Below, one piece after another: positions 25,055-34,216 of a DNA stretch of 64,000 nucleotides. The stretch spans positions 18,689 through 82,688 of IMG/VR virus record IMGVR_UViG_3300027754_000069. The stretch is one strand, 5' to 3'. The notes under the pieces are model-generated. The model ran no database searches. It worked only from the letters and a program-made list of their open reading frames with translations, and had not been told where the DNA came from. Both the position numbers and the translations under genes were made by a program. How positions within the stretch are numbered: the stretch's first letter is position 1; the number at the start of each line of letters is the position of its first letter. The stretch is from a virus.

Positions 25055-26673
25055 TAGATCGTTCCCCAATCTGCTAAGGAAGCCCAGTTAGCTGAGGTTC
25101 CGTTGTTAGTCATGAAATAACCACTTACACCAGAAGTTATAGTTGGTATATAACCTGCTGCCGTAGTGGCACTTGCTGCAGCAGATGATGCTGATGTAGC
25201 TGCAGAAGACGCTGATGTCGCAGCCGAAGTCTGCGATGTTAAAGCACTCGAAGCAGAGGTCGCTGCCGAGGTAGAACTAGTTAATGCATTGCTTGCATAT
25301 ACACCAGCAGATCCTGCTGATGTTGCAGCCGATGAGGCTGAGGTAGCAGCAGCTGACTGTGATGCAGCAGAACTTGTTGCACTTGTCTGTGCAGCAGTGG
25401 CTGATACACCAGCAGATCCTGCACTGGTTGCTGCGCTTGATGCGCTTGTTGCAGCGGATGCTTGTGATGTTGCTGCGCTAGAAGCTGAAGTAGAAGCTTG
25501 TCCTGCAGATGTTACCGCAGTAGCTGCTGATGTAGTAGCCGTTGCTGCAGATGCTGAAGCAGCAGACGCTGACGCAGATGCAGAATTAGCTGATGTTAAA
25601 GAACTTGATGCTGAAGTAGCAGCACTTGCTGCTGATGTATTTGTATTTGCTTCAACAGATGATAATGAAATCCATGTTCCAGTGGAAGTATCAGCGGTTG
25701 TGATATCACCCATGTCTCTAACGAGACCAGATGCAACTTGACCAGCAACTGTTGATGCTGAACCAGCAGCAGAAGATGCTGATGTTCCAGAAGATGTTGC
25801 GCTGGTAGCTGCAGAGTTGGCTGATGTTACTGCTGCCGATGCTGAAGCTGCTGCGCTAGTAGCACTAGTAGCAGCAGATGTAGCAGAAGTTAAAGCAGAC
25901 GATGCAAATGTAGATGCGCTTGACTGTGATGTGCTGGCTGCGGTAGCAGAAGCTGCTGCTGAAGAAGCACTTGTTGCAGCGGAGGTAGCACTAGTGGCTG
26001 CCGATGTGGCAGATGTAGCTGCTGCAGATGATGCTGTACCAGCATTAGTTGCTGCAGTGGTTGCACTAGATGCAGAGGTTGCTGCCGAGGTTGCTGATGT
26101 AGCAGCACTGGATGCGCTAGTTGCTGCAGCAGTTGCACTGCTTGCAGCAGCGGTAGCAGAACCTGCAATAGTAGTTACGTATGCTAAGTTAGCTGCATCA
26201 CCAGATGTTGTTGGTGTTGCTACGTTTGTAATCTTGTAGCTATTAGCATTGATGACACCAGCAGCGGTAATAATTGCTGCAGATAAAGTCTTTGTTCCAG
26301 TAAGGGTTTGTGTCCCACCAGTGCCGACAACGTCGCCTGTAATGCCATGGATATCAGTAGTTGCTACTTCGTGTTGGCGAGACTCGGTAAAGTCTCGAGC
26401 CGATACGCCGTGTTCAACGTTAGCACCAAAGGCGTGTGCCTTAGCACCTGATGAGTCAATGTTACGAGTGATCTGATAGGCAGTACCTACCAGACTGGTA
26501 ACTTCGACTACTTCTTCATTAGCTGTATCCTTCTCAAGAATGAGTGTGTATGGATATTGCGCTGGAAGATTGCTTGCAGCAGCAAGCGTAAGGCTTACTG
26601 CTGAAGAACTTATCGATGCAGCAAGAGTTGTCTTAGCTGCATTCGAACTATAGTAACGTGCTTGTGTTGGCAT
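25054..26673 (-). CDS. Tail fibre with long Ser/Ala/Thr (SATSA) repeat
   Basis: EEVVEVT..R..D...A.AH..GA.V.H anchor plus Stf-like repeats. Confidence 0.8.
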   Translation of the reverse strand: MPTQARYYSSNAAKTTLAASISSSAVSLTLAAASNLPAQYPYTLILEKDTANEEVVEVTSLVGTAYQITRNIDSSGAKAHAFGANVEHGVSARDFTESRQHEVATTDIHGITGDVVGTGGTQTLTGTKTLSAAIITAAGVINANSYKITNVATPTTSGDAANLAYVTTIAGSATAAASSATAAATSASSAATSATSAATSASSATTAATNAGTASSAAATSATSAATSATSAATSASSAAASATAASTSQSSASTFASSALTSATSAATSATSAAASASAAVTSANSAATSATSSGTSASSAAGSASTVAGQVASGLVRDMGDITTADTSTGTWISLSSVEANTNTSAASAATSASSSLTSANSASASASAASASAATATTSAATAVTSAGQASTSASSAATSQASAATSASSAATSAGSAGVSATAAQTSATSSAASQSAAATSASSAATSAGSAGVYASNALTSSTSAATSASSALTSQTSAATSASSAATSASSAAASATTAAGYIPTITSGVSGYFMTNNGTSANWASLADWGTI

Positions 26674-26676
26674 TCA

Positions 26677-27576
26677 TCACCTCTGGTACTGGATTATGTT
26701 GAGGAAGTTGGCTTGCTGCTTTGCCACCTCTTCCGCAAGGCGGACGGAGTAAAGCTGGAATAGATATTTAGCAGCAGTAGTAGATGCGCCAGCAGATACT
26801 GGTTGATCTAATGCGTCTGCAGAAACTGATGTGGCAATTACCTTGCCTGGGTCTACTGTTGAAAGTAGGCGATACATAGCACCAAGACGAACAACATCTT
26901 CACATGATGCGGGAAGACCACTTACTGTCAACTCTTGGCTATCTGTAATGGTTGTCGGATAGGCTGTGTACTGAACGTTAATACGAGCACCAGCCATAGG
27001 TGCTTCATTAAGCACAATAGCCTGACCATATGTATCTGTATCTTCGTCATAATAATTGGTATCAATACGCCATCTTTTAATAAGAGCCCATACTCCAGTA
27101 GCGTCTGGCAGTTCCCATGAAACACCAGTGATATCTACAACTGTGCTTGGGATTGAGTATGCGTATTGTGAGCCAGTAAAATCAAAGTTTGTTTCTTTAA
27201 TAACTGGAAAGTTCATTCCTTTTATAGTCTCGAGCAATGCTCGTTTAACTTGTGTCCTTGGAAATAAAGGATTGTTTCTTACTATAGATCCAGACACATG
27301 GCTAGTTGCTGTAGTCCCACGCCATCCTCGACCAACAGGATTAGCTGATGTTCCAAGAATAGAAAGGTTACCGCTTGCTGCAATAGATTTCTTTACATAT
27401 AAGAGTTCATCATCAATCTCAATGATGCCTTTGCTTATAGCTGATGCATCGTCAACTGCAATAGACAAGTCGTCACCATCAACGGTATTAAGTGCAATCG
27501 TTACCGATTCCTGGTTGCGGACATAGCCATTAATCTCACCAAGCGTTTGTTCTGTTAATTGATTTAACGTAGCCAT
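26677..27576 (-). CDS. Tail adaptor (tubular A-like) protein
   Basis: Position; IEIDDEL..RGWRGT...H insert. Confidence 0.6.
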   Translation of the reverse strand: MATLNQLTEQTLGEINGYVRNQESVTIALNTVDGDDLSIAVDDASAISKGIIEIDDELLYVKKSIAASGNLSILGTSANPVGRGWRGTTATSHVSGSIVRNNPLFPRTQVKRALLETIKGMNFPVIKETNFDFTGSQYAYSIPSTVVDITGVSWELPDATGVWALIKRWRIDTNYYDEDTDTYGQAIVLNEAPMAGARINVQYTAYPTTITDSQELTVSGLPASCEDVVRLGAMYRLLSTVDPGKVIATSVSADALDQPVSAGASTTAAKYLFQLYSVRLAEEVAKQQANFLNIIQYQR

Positions 27577-27818
27577 TATGCTTGTAACGCCTTTCCTGCT
27601 TTATCAGACATACGGACAGCTTTTTCAATGTCCTTTATCTTGGTTGATGCTGGCTGAATGCCATCTTTCCTTGCGTTTCTATACGCATTAAGTTCTTTAT
27701 TTGTAAGTTTGTTTGCTGCACTAGACAGAGGGTCTGTAATACTAAAGTTAGCTGCCTTGGCACACTCACCCCAGTTAGCATGGTCTTGGGTCTTACAGCC
27801 TGATCTACAATTAGACAT
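27576..27818 (-). CDS. Hypothetical protein
   Basis: CRSGCKTQDH..WGEC, EL.AY..AR..GIQP. Confidence 0.75.
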   Translation of the reverse strand: MSNCRSGCKTQDHANWGECAKAANFSITDPLSSAANKLTNKELNAYRNARKDGIQPASTKIKDIEKAVRMSDKAGKALQA

Positions 27819-28065
27819 TGAAAACGTAATCTCCGTATCCCGCTGCTGCTAGTTCTACTGCTTCTGCATCTGTTATGACGTTGTCATAACCACCACGTAA
27901 TACGCGTTGGTATGTTGCTAGATCTGAATCCTGTGGGACGACTATTGTTTTCCAAACGCCACCAGTTTTAACAACGCTCTTACCAATAGGATAAGAAACA
28001 AACCATAGGTCATACTCACGACCAGGTCTGTATTTGTATGTTGGTCCACGAAATACCTTTGCCAT
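27811..28065 (-). CDS. Hypothetical virion-module protein
   Basis: TAATG coupling; RGG..N...AE...L.AAGY. Confidence 0.75.
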   Translation of the reverse strand: MAKVFRGPTYKYRPGREYDLWFVSYPIGKSVVKTGGVWKTIVVPQDSDLATYQRVLRGGYDNVITDAEAVELAAAGYGDYVFNV

Positions 28066-28340
28066 TACCACTTCACCTTGTCTGCCCAATAGGCTGCTGA
28101 CATAACACCCTTGCTAATATTCTTTGCATGACGTGCCTTAAACGATTGGCGACGTTGGCGGTACTTTTTAGTCTCGCCAGCTTTTTCAGGTGAACCTGAT
28201 ACACCCTGCTGACCAAAACGAATAGTCTTAATTTGTGAGCCAGATTTGGCTACAACAATGTGAGACTTTTTTAGATGCGTTGGTGTAGCTTTTGGTTTAT
28301 TAAAACCAGATACACCTGCTCGTTTTAGCCTTGGGTCCAT
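28065..28340 (-). CDS. Basic protein (DUF6321/DUF5754-like)
   Basis: IRFGQQG..RRQSFKARH..SAAYWA..KW. Confidence 0.7.
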   Translation of the reverse strand: MDPRLKRAGVSGFNKPKATPTHLKKSHIVVAKSGSQIKTIRFGQQGVSGSPEKAGETKKYRQRRQSFKARHAKNISKGVMSAAYWADKVKW

Positions 28341-28511
28341 TTACTTCTTCTTTACTTTAGGTTTTCTAATTCCCGACTTGGCTTTACCAGATGCTGATAA
28401 AGCAATTGCAATTGCTTGCTTTGGGTTCTTAACTACCTTGCCACCTTTACCTGAATGTAAAGTGCCAGTTTTGAACTCATGCATAATTCCTTGAACTGAT
28501 TTCTTTGGCAT
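28341..28511 (-). CDS. 56-aa basic protein (DUF6496-like)
   Basis: Read manually: MHEFKTGTLHSGKGGKVVKNPKQAIAIALS. Confidence 0.8.
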   Translation of the reverse strand: MPKKSVQGIMHEFKTGTLHSGKGGKVVKNPKQAIAIALSASGKAKSGIRKPKVKKK

Positions 28512-28705
28512 TATTTCTTCTTTTTAATCGCTGGCTTTTTAACGCCAGGCTTCTTCATATCAGAATTCTTCATCATCTTGCCATTCATCATATGCATGCC
28601 ACCTTTTGTAGAACCATATTCTTTCTTACGTGCAGATGAACCTTCAGTTGTTTCGTGCTTCTTCATTGCTTTCATTGAAGTATACTTTTCATTCTTCGCT
28701 GACAT
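28511..28705 (-). CDS. Lys/Met-rich basic protein
   Basis: MSAKNEKYTSMKAMKKHE...; coupled to neighbours. Confidence 0.7.
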   Translation of the reverse strand: MSAKNEKYTSMKAMKKHETTEGSSARKKEYGSTKGGMHMMNGKMMKNSDMKKPGVKKPAIKKKK

Positions 28706-28901
28706 CTTCTTCTTCTTCCTCAAAATCATCCATGTCATTCTCTGACATTGGTGCGGGAAATTCCCAGTCTGGCAATTGGCGAGTTAATAGATCCCAAGCT
28801 TCAGCATCACTAAAGCCAGCATCCATAAATGCTTTATACATTTCATGCGCTTCGTAGGCGTAAGCCTGGAGCGGTGTAATTAGATCTAACTCTTCGCTCA
28901 T
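28689..28901 (-). CDS. Small acidic protein
   Basis: HEMYKAFMDAGFS..EA; AAGGA SD. Confidence 0.75.
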   Translation of the reverse strand: MSEELDLITPLQAYAYEAHEMYKAFMDAGFSDAEAWDLLTRQLPDWEFPAPMSENDMDDFEEEEEDVSEE

Positions 28902-28915
28902 AATTTCCTTAAGTA

Positions 28916-28942
28916 GAGAGGGGCAGTTGCCTGCCCCTCCCC
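28916..28942 (-). terminator. Hairpin after the capsid gene
   Basis: GAGGGGCAG..CTGCCCCTC stem. Confidence 0.6.
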
Positions 28943-28948
28943 ATCAAA

Positions 28949-29926
28949 TTAAGCAGACGCGATAGATGACTTGCTCTTGATAACGTAACGTGCTTCTGTA
29001 CGGAAGACGTTCCATCCAAGAAGACCCTTCCAGCCCGCTGGGCGGAAGCGCATCAACTTATCTGTAACTGGACCGATAACAGTCTTTGGCTCGTATGAGA
29101 CAGCCTCAAGAAGAGCCTGCTTTCCAAGTAGAACTGTTGCGTATACCTTTGATGTACCAGAACCTGAAACAGATTCAGCACGAGGTGTTTCGATATAGCG
29201 AACCTGATCGAAGATTCCGATCTCGCCAGACCATAGGTTACCTACACCTGCTTCGGTGTATGTGTGAGGAAGCTGCCATACAGCAGATCCTGATGTTTGT
29301 GCTTCAGAACGAAGATCGTATGAAACATCTGGGTGGATTAGTGCAGTGTAGAGACCGCCTTCGCGTGTCTGAACATTTGCTCCACGTAGCTTTGCTACAC
29401 CACGGCGAGCAAGTGCTGCTGTGAAGTTAGCTGCTGAAGTTGAAGCTGAAACATCTTGTCCATTGAGTGTTGACTCATCGGCAGAAGTTGTTCCTGTGTA
29501 GCGACCTGTTGCTAAGGCAGTTAACTTAGTCCATACAAGTGAGTCCAGTGAGTCACGCATGTTGAAAGACAACATGTCTGCAACTGCTGGATCGATTGCT
29601 GATAGAGACTCAAGAGCAAGACGCTCAGTTGTTAGAACAGCATTACCGTATTCGTTCACTGTTACGTGGACGCGGTTGGTATTGCTTAGCTCTACTGCAT
29701 CTGGATCAGCTGTTTGAGTTAGTGCTGAAGTAGCACGAGATAGATCTGTGTAGACCTGAAATACGACAGTGTTACCTGGGTTTGTTACATCGACAGGACG
29801 CTTGTCCGCAAACTTGCGGAACATTGGTTCTGAACGAAGGTTAAACTCAATGTACTTGTCATACGCAGTCTGGATCAAGTTCGACATCGTTGATGTCGTT
29901 GTTGACGTGGCTGGTGTTGTTGGCAC
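28949..29926 (-). CDS. Major capsid protein (N4-gp56-like)
   Basis: EYGNAV, IHPDVxYDLR, GEIG.F..VRYIET, DKLMRFRP.GW; follows the scaffold. Confidence 0.88.
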   Translation of the reverse strand: MPTTPATSTTTSTMSNLIQTAYDKYIEFNLRSEPMFRKFADKRPVDVTNPGNTVVFQVYTDLSRATSALTQTADPDAVELSNTNRVHVTVNEYGNAVLTTERLALESLSAIDPAVADMLSFNMRDSLDSLVWTKLTALATGRYTGTTSADESTLNGQDVSASTSAANFTAALARRGVAKLRGANVQTREGGLYTALIHPDVSYDLRSEAQTSGSAVWQLPHTYTEAGVGNLWSGEIGIFDQVRYIETPRAESVSGSGTSKVYATVLLGKQALLEAVSYEPKTVIGPVTDKLMRFRPAGWKGLLGWNVFRTEARYVIKSKSSIASA

Positions 29927-29959
29927 GTTTAATTCCTTCTATTAGGGTTGATTGTATTG

Positions 29960-30418
29960 TTACCGTTTTAAGAAGTTGGTGAGCTCTTCCACTGAAGTAG
30001 CGTTGCTAATCAATGAATGAATGTCACGACCCACTGATGGGTCGACATCACCATCTTCAAAATTCGACATTTGCTCAAATGCTTGAGCATCAGGGTCTTC
30101 TTCTGAAGACTCTGATTCATCAACGGCAGTAATGCCAAAGGCATCGCCGTATTCATTTAACCATTCAGCTACTGCTTCCTCGTCGGCTTCAATATCCGAT
30201 GGAATAAATGCTGCGATTCTTGGATTGAGACCAAAACTTTCTAGTACTTCCCCGATAGCTGCTTCGTGACTATATGTCTGATACTCCTCAAGCTGTGAAT
30301 CTCTCTCCTTGATTTGCTTGGAAAGTTGATCTACTTGCTTGCGTAGTTTCTTTACTAAGTCAGTACCGTAGTCTTCGGTATCGTCTTCGAACGTTTCGTA
30401 CTCGTTATATTCTGCCAT
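29960..30418 (-). CDS. Capsid scaffolding protein
   Basis: Acidic coiled-coil protein immediately upstream of the capsid gene. Confidence 0.75.
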   Translation of the reverse strand: MAEYNEYETFEDDTEDYGTDLVKKLRKQVDQLSKQIKERDSQLEEYQTYSHEAAIGEVLESFGLNPRIAAFIPSDIEADEEAVAEWLNEYGDAFGITAVDESESSEEDPDAQAFEQMSNFEDGDVDPSVGRDIHSLISNATSVEELTNFLKR

Positions 30419-30422
30419 TGCT

Positions 30423-30556
30423 TTTTCTCCCTATTAGTTGTTGGACCCTCATCGGGTTTGCACCACACGTACTCCTCACAAGGGGAAGTGATTCATAGAC
30501 GTGATGACTACCAGACTGATACTCGTTACCTGGGCTGGTCGATCAGGAACGGAACT
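30423..30556 (-). ncRNA. Putative structured cis-regulatory RNA leader of scaffold/capsid genes
   Basis: Several stems and pseudoknot pairings in a 140-nt intergenic gap (see findings). Confidence 0.5.
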
Positions 30557-30559
30557 TAG

Positions 30560-32176
30560 TTATACGTCAGCTTTTTTACTACGACGTCCAAGAGAGGACG
30601 CATCAATTGCTGATTTCTGTGCAAACATTGCACGTTCTTTAGAAGCTAATCGCTTCTTCTTCATTGTTACATCTGCGCCACCTGCAAGAGCAAGCTCTTC
30701 ACGAGCTAGATCTTGAGTGCCACCTTGTTCACCATAGAGACCTGTAAGTCTTTGGTAATCGGCTTGGCTTGCAGCTGCAGACTGGAAGGCTGACTCTGCT
30801 TGAGCACCTTTACCAGATGTGTAAATTTCTTCTGCGAAAGCTTTGTCAGATAGTTGACCAGCACGTGCAGCAGCACCACCGATTTCGGCTGCGCCGTACA
30901 TCTTCTTAGCTTCTTCGGTTGTGTACTTAAACTTAGAGTTAACTAAGTCAAAAGCCTTTTCGCTGTCAAGCATATATGCAGCAAGTTCGCCTTCTGTCCA
31001 ACCGTAATATTCTTTAAGAGCATTCTTAGTGCTGTAATCAGCATTTTGCAAAGCATTCTTTGCAATATTAACACGGTCTGTAAGTTCGCTTACGCTGACT
31101 GAGTTTTCAATAAGACGACGGAAGTCGTCTTGTGTATCATAGAAACCAGTTGGTAATCCAGCCTCACGAAGAATTGATTCGTATCCTTTTTCTGCTTGGA
31201 TGTATTCGTATGGTGTAAGAAGCTTATCGCCAGGTCGACCCTTGCCATCCTTCATACGTGCAGCAATTGTTTCATTTGCAGCAAAACGAGTCTTATATGC
31301 CTCACTGTCATAAATACTATTAAGGATCTGAGCATCGGTTGGCATAATGTTTTCTTCATATACCTTATCGATTGCCTTATTTAATGAATCAATAAATCCA
31401 GCACCAAGACCTGTGTTCTGAAACATCTTTAATACGGAATCTTTAGCACCAAAATCTGTGTATGTATCAACCATGTTGCCCATGGTTCCATCTGACATAA
31501 CCTGCCAGACTTCTACAACTCCACCAGTTTTACGAATAGTCTTTTCGTATGCAACAGTCTTTGCTACTGGCTTATTAAATGTAGCCTGCATTGCTGCAAT
31601 TTGATTAAGCAAATCTGCAATCTGTGTATCAACTGCACCAGTTGCTGCAGTTACTGGATTAACAAATGTTGTAGATCCGCCATAGGTAGCAGTCGAAGTG
31701 CTTGTTGCTGTACTTGTCGCAGTGCTGGTCGCAGTGCTGGTCGCAGTGCTAGTCGCAGTAGAGGTCGCGGTGCTGGTTGATGTTGCTGTTCCAGTATCGC
31801 TTGGTGTATATGGTAAATTTTCAATTGGTGCAGATGGTGCAGCAGGAGCTGCTGGTGCTTTTGGCAGTGGTGGCTCTGTATAAATCTTAGTGCCAGACCA
31901 AATCATAGAACCATTGTTATACTTTGGATTGTTATCAATTGTTGGGTTGATAGCAAGAAGTTCTTTAACTGTCATGCCATTGTCTTTAGCAATTTGCCAG
32001 AATGTATCTCCTGGTTTTACTGTAACAAATTCACGTGGTGCTGGTGCTGAAGCAGCAACTGTACCTGACTTAGATGCAGCGGAAGCATTCTTCTCACTAG
32101 CCGTCATTCCATAATCAGCTACTGCTGACGCAAGCGGTGAATAATCTCCGCCATCTGACATATAATCTCTTGGCAT
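30560..32176 (-). CDS. LysM-containing internal virion (ejection) protein
   Basis: TVKPGDTFWQIAKDNGMTVKELLAINP; (TATS)n linker; helical C-terminus. Confidence 0.75.
   Translation of the reverse strand: MPRDYMSDGGDYSPLASAVADYGMTASEKNASAASKSGTVAASAPAPREFVTVKPGDTFWQIAKDNGMTVKELLAINPTIDNNPKYNNGSMIWSGTKIYTEPPLPKAPAAPAAPSAPIENLPYTPSDTGTATSTSTATSTATSTATSTATSTATSTATSTSTATYGGSTTFVNPVTAATGAVDTQIADLLNQIAAMQATFNKPVAKTVAYEKTIRKTGGVVEVWQVMSDGTMGNMVDTYTDFGAKDSVLKMFQNTGLGAGFIDSLNKAIDKVYEENIMPTDAQILNSIYDSEAYKTRFAANETIAARMKDGKGRPGDKLLTPYEYIQAEKGYESILREAGLPTGFYDTQDDFRRLIENSVSVSELTDRVNIAKNALQNADYSTKNALKEYYGWTEGELAAYMLDSEKAFDLVNSKFKYTTEEAKKMYGAAEIGGAAARAGQLSDKAFAEEIYTSGKGAQAESAFQSAAASQADYQRLTGLYGEQGGTQDLAREELALAGGADVTMKKKRLASKERAMFAQKSAIDASSLGRRSKKADV
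31695..31795. repeat. 12-bp tandem repeat encoding (TATS)n
   Basis: GTCGCAGTGCT(G/A) units. Confidence 0.8.
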
Positions 32177-32180
32177 TTAC

Positions 32181-33407
32181 TTACCCCAGGAATCCGAAGT
32201 CGCGGAGAATCGTTGATGCAATCTTGGTCTTCTCCTCTTTTGCTGTGCTTGTGTAATCCCAGTTGCCAGAACGACGAGCCATTTTCTTGGCATCGTAAAG
32301 GTTCATGGTTCCAACATTTCCTTTTTCATCTGTGTAGTTAAGGGCTCGTTGTACATAATCATTGTTAAGATCTAGTGAGTTAACATCCTGTTCCCATGTA
32401 TCAGCAATTGCTGTTAACCATGGATCGGCTGCGTCGCGTAGCGTCTTGCCTTGAGATAATTGTGTTGTAAGACCAGGAAACATTGACATTGCTCGCTTTT
32501 GAAGTTCATTATCTAGATCTTCTGCGTTAAGAGTTCCAGCAATAAGACCTTTCATGCTGTTCTCAAACCAGCCTTCGAATCGTGTATTAGACATGCTGTT
32601 AGGGAAACCATATTCCCATGCTCGCTTGTAAAGCTCGTTGGCTACAGTCTCTAATTTGCCAGTTAGGTTATAGATTGTTTTGTCGCCAATAACACTCTTT
32701 TTGCTAAAGTCAATTGCCTTAGACATAATCTTATTAAGAAATTCTTGGTCGTAGCGAACAACCTTTCCATCTTTAATAATAGCTGACTGCATCATTTGCT
32801 GTGCATAATCAATAGCTTGTGCTGCTGTAATGTTTATACCATTACCCATAAATTGCTTAACAATGTTGCTTGCATTAAGTTGCAAGTCTGCAGCGTATTG
32901 ACCTGGGTTAGTTTCTTTATAATAAGCGTATTGACGCTGAGTATCAGTTTGGTTCTTGTACCAAGTAGTACCCTGAATCATCTGAGTCATCAATGCCTCA
33001 GATGTAATTCCTTGTTCAAGGATTGAATTTAAGATATTCTTGAGGCTGTCATCAGCACCAATAACACCAGCAGCAATACCAAACTTGGCTTGTAATGTAG
33101 CCATGTCTAGCTTATCTACGTTTGTTGCAGCCTGTGTTGATGTACTTGTAGATGTTGCAGTAGAAGTTCCAGTACTAGTTCCTGTATTATTGCCACTGGT
33201 TGCATTGTTAACTGCTGTGTTTAAGCCAGTTGATGCACCAGACTGTGTTGGCATCTGAAGGACAGTACCACTAAAGATTGTGCTTCCGCCGTTATATTTT
33301 GGATTAGTCTTTAAGAATGGATTGGCTGCAATAATCTTTGCGGTTGTTGTTCCGTTAGCAGCTGCAATTTTACTAAGCGTATCGCCAGTTTTAACTGTAT
33401 ATGCCAT
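32181..33407 (-). CDS. LysM-containing internal virion protein
   Basis: YTVKTGDTLSKIAAANGTTTAKIIAANP. Confidence 0.75.
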   Translation of the reverse strand: MAYTVKTGDTLSKIAAANGTTTAKIIAANPFLKTNPKYNGGSTIFSGTVLQMPTQSGASTGLNTAVNNATSGNNTGTSTGTSTATSTSTSTQAATNVDKLDMATLQAKFGIAAGVIGADDSLKNILNSILEQGITSEALMTQMIQGTTWYKNQTDTQRQYAYYKETNPGQYAADLQLNASNIVKQFMGNGINITAAQAIDYAQQMMQSAIIKDGKVVRYDQEFLNKIMSKAIDFSKKSVIGDKTIYNLTGKLETVANELYKRAWEYGFPNSMSNTRFEGWFENSMKGLIAGTLNAEDLDNELQKRAMSMFPGLTTQLSQGKTLRDAADPWLTAIADTWEQDVNSLDLNNDYVQRALNYTDEKGNVGTMNLYDAKKMARRSGNWDYTSTAKEEKTKIASTILRDFGFLG

Positions 33408-34216
33408 TAGCCACCCACCACATTTCCAATTGCATTAGGATCTTTAAGAAGTTTTTCAACTAAACCTAAGAATGTATTTGCTGCAAATGACTCGGCATAG
33501 TCTGGACGAGACATTGCAAAGTTACGAGCAAACATTGTTGGATCAAATCCAGTAGTCTGTGTTCCAGTTGTTGCAGTTGAACCTAATGTATTCTTACCTT
33601 TAGGAGCAGTAGTTGTAGTTGAACCAGTAAATACTGAAGGTTCTTTTTTAGCTGCTGCATTAACACCTGCAGTGTATGCATCAATTTCAGACTGTGTCGC
33701 TCTGCGACCAAGTCTGCGCTCCATCTCATCGCTGATTTGTTGAGCAGCAGATGAACCACTGTACTGTGTAACACGTGAATCTTTCTGAGCCTGTGTTCCA
33801 TACTTAGGACCAGAACTTTCAGTTCGATATAAAGATGGGTCCATTACATTAAGATATTCAAATGGATTACCACTGGTACTACCTAGTGATTGTGTCCAAC
33901 CAACTGCATCATTCCAAACAACCTGTGCATATTTTTTAGCTATACCTTTACGTGCAAGATCTGCAATAAAGTCATTATATAAAGATTTGTTCTTAGTAGG
34001 TAGATACTTAAACCAGTCTTTAGCTTCATCTGGTGAGGCAAAACGTGCAGGTGGTAGACCTGGCAATTGAATGCCAGGAACGTTAGGAGCAAATGATGGG
34101 TATGATGAACTTGTTCCAGTGTTTGTTACAACTGGTCTTGTTTTAGAACCTGCTGCATACGCAGCAGTTCCTGGTACAAGGCTTTCACCATTGGGACCGT
34201 ATCTTAGTTCAGCCAT
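33407..34216 (-). CDS. Putative internal virion protein
   Basis: Coupled by TAATG; LGRRATQSE motif. Confidence 0.65.
   Translation of the reverse strand: MAELRYGPNGESLVPGTAAYAAGSKTRPVVTNTGTSSSYPSFAPNVPGIQLPGLPPARFASPDEAKDWFKYLPTKNKSLYNDFIADLARKGIAKKYAQVVWNDAVGWTQSLGSTSGNPFEYLNVMDPSLYRTESSGPKYGTQAQKDSRVTQYSGSSAAQQISDEMERRLGRRATQSEIDAYTAGVNAAAKKEPSVFTGSTTTTAPKGKNTLGSTATTGTQTTGFDPTMFARNFAMSRPDYAESFAANTFLGLVEKLLKDPNAIGNVVGG

Noticed and set aside
25166-26239. Plus-strand Ala/Asp/Glu/Val ORFs (191 aa and 140 aa)
   Set aside because: Antisense shadows of the GCN/TCN/ACN-rich SATSA fibre repeat; no SD and opposite to the operon.
30440-30545. Hammerhead ribozyme
   Set aside because: CCGAUGAG and CUGAUCGA resemble but do not match CUGANGA, and no correctly placed GAAA core was found.
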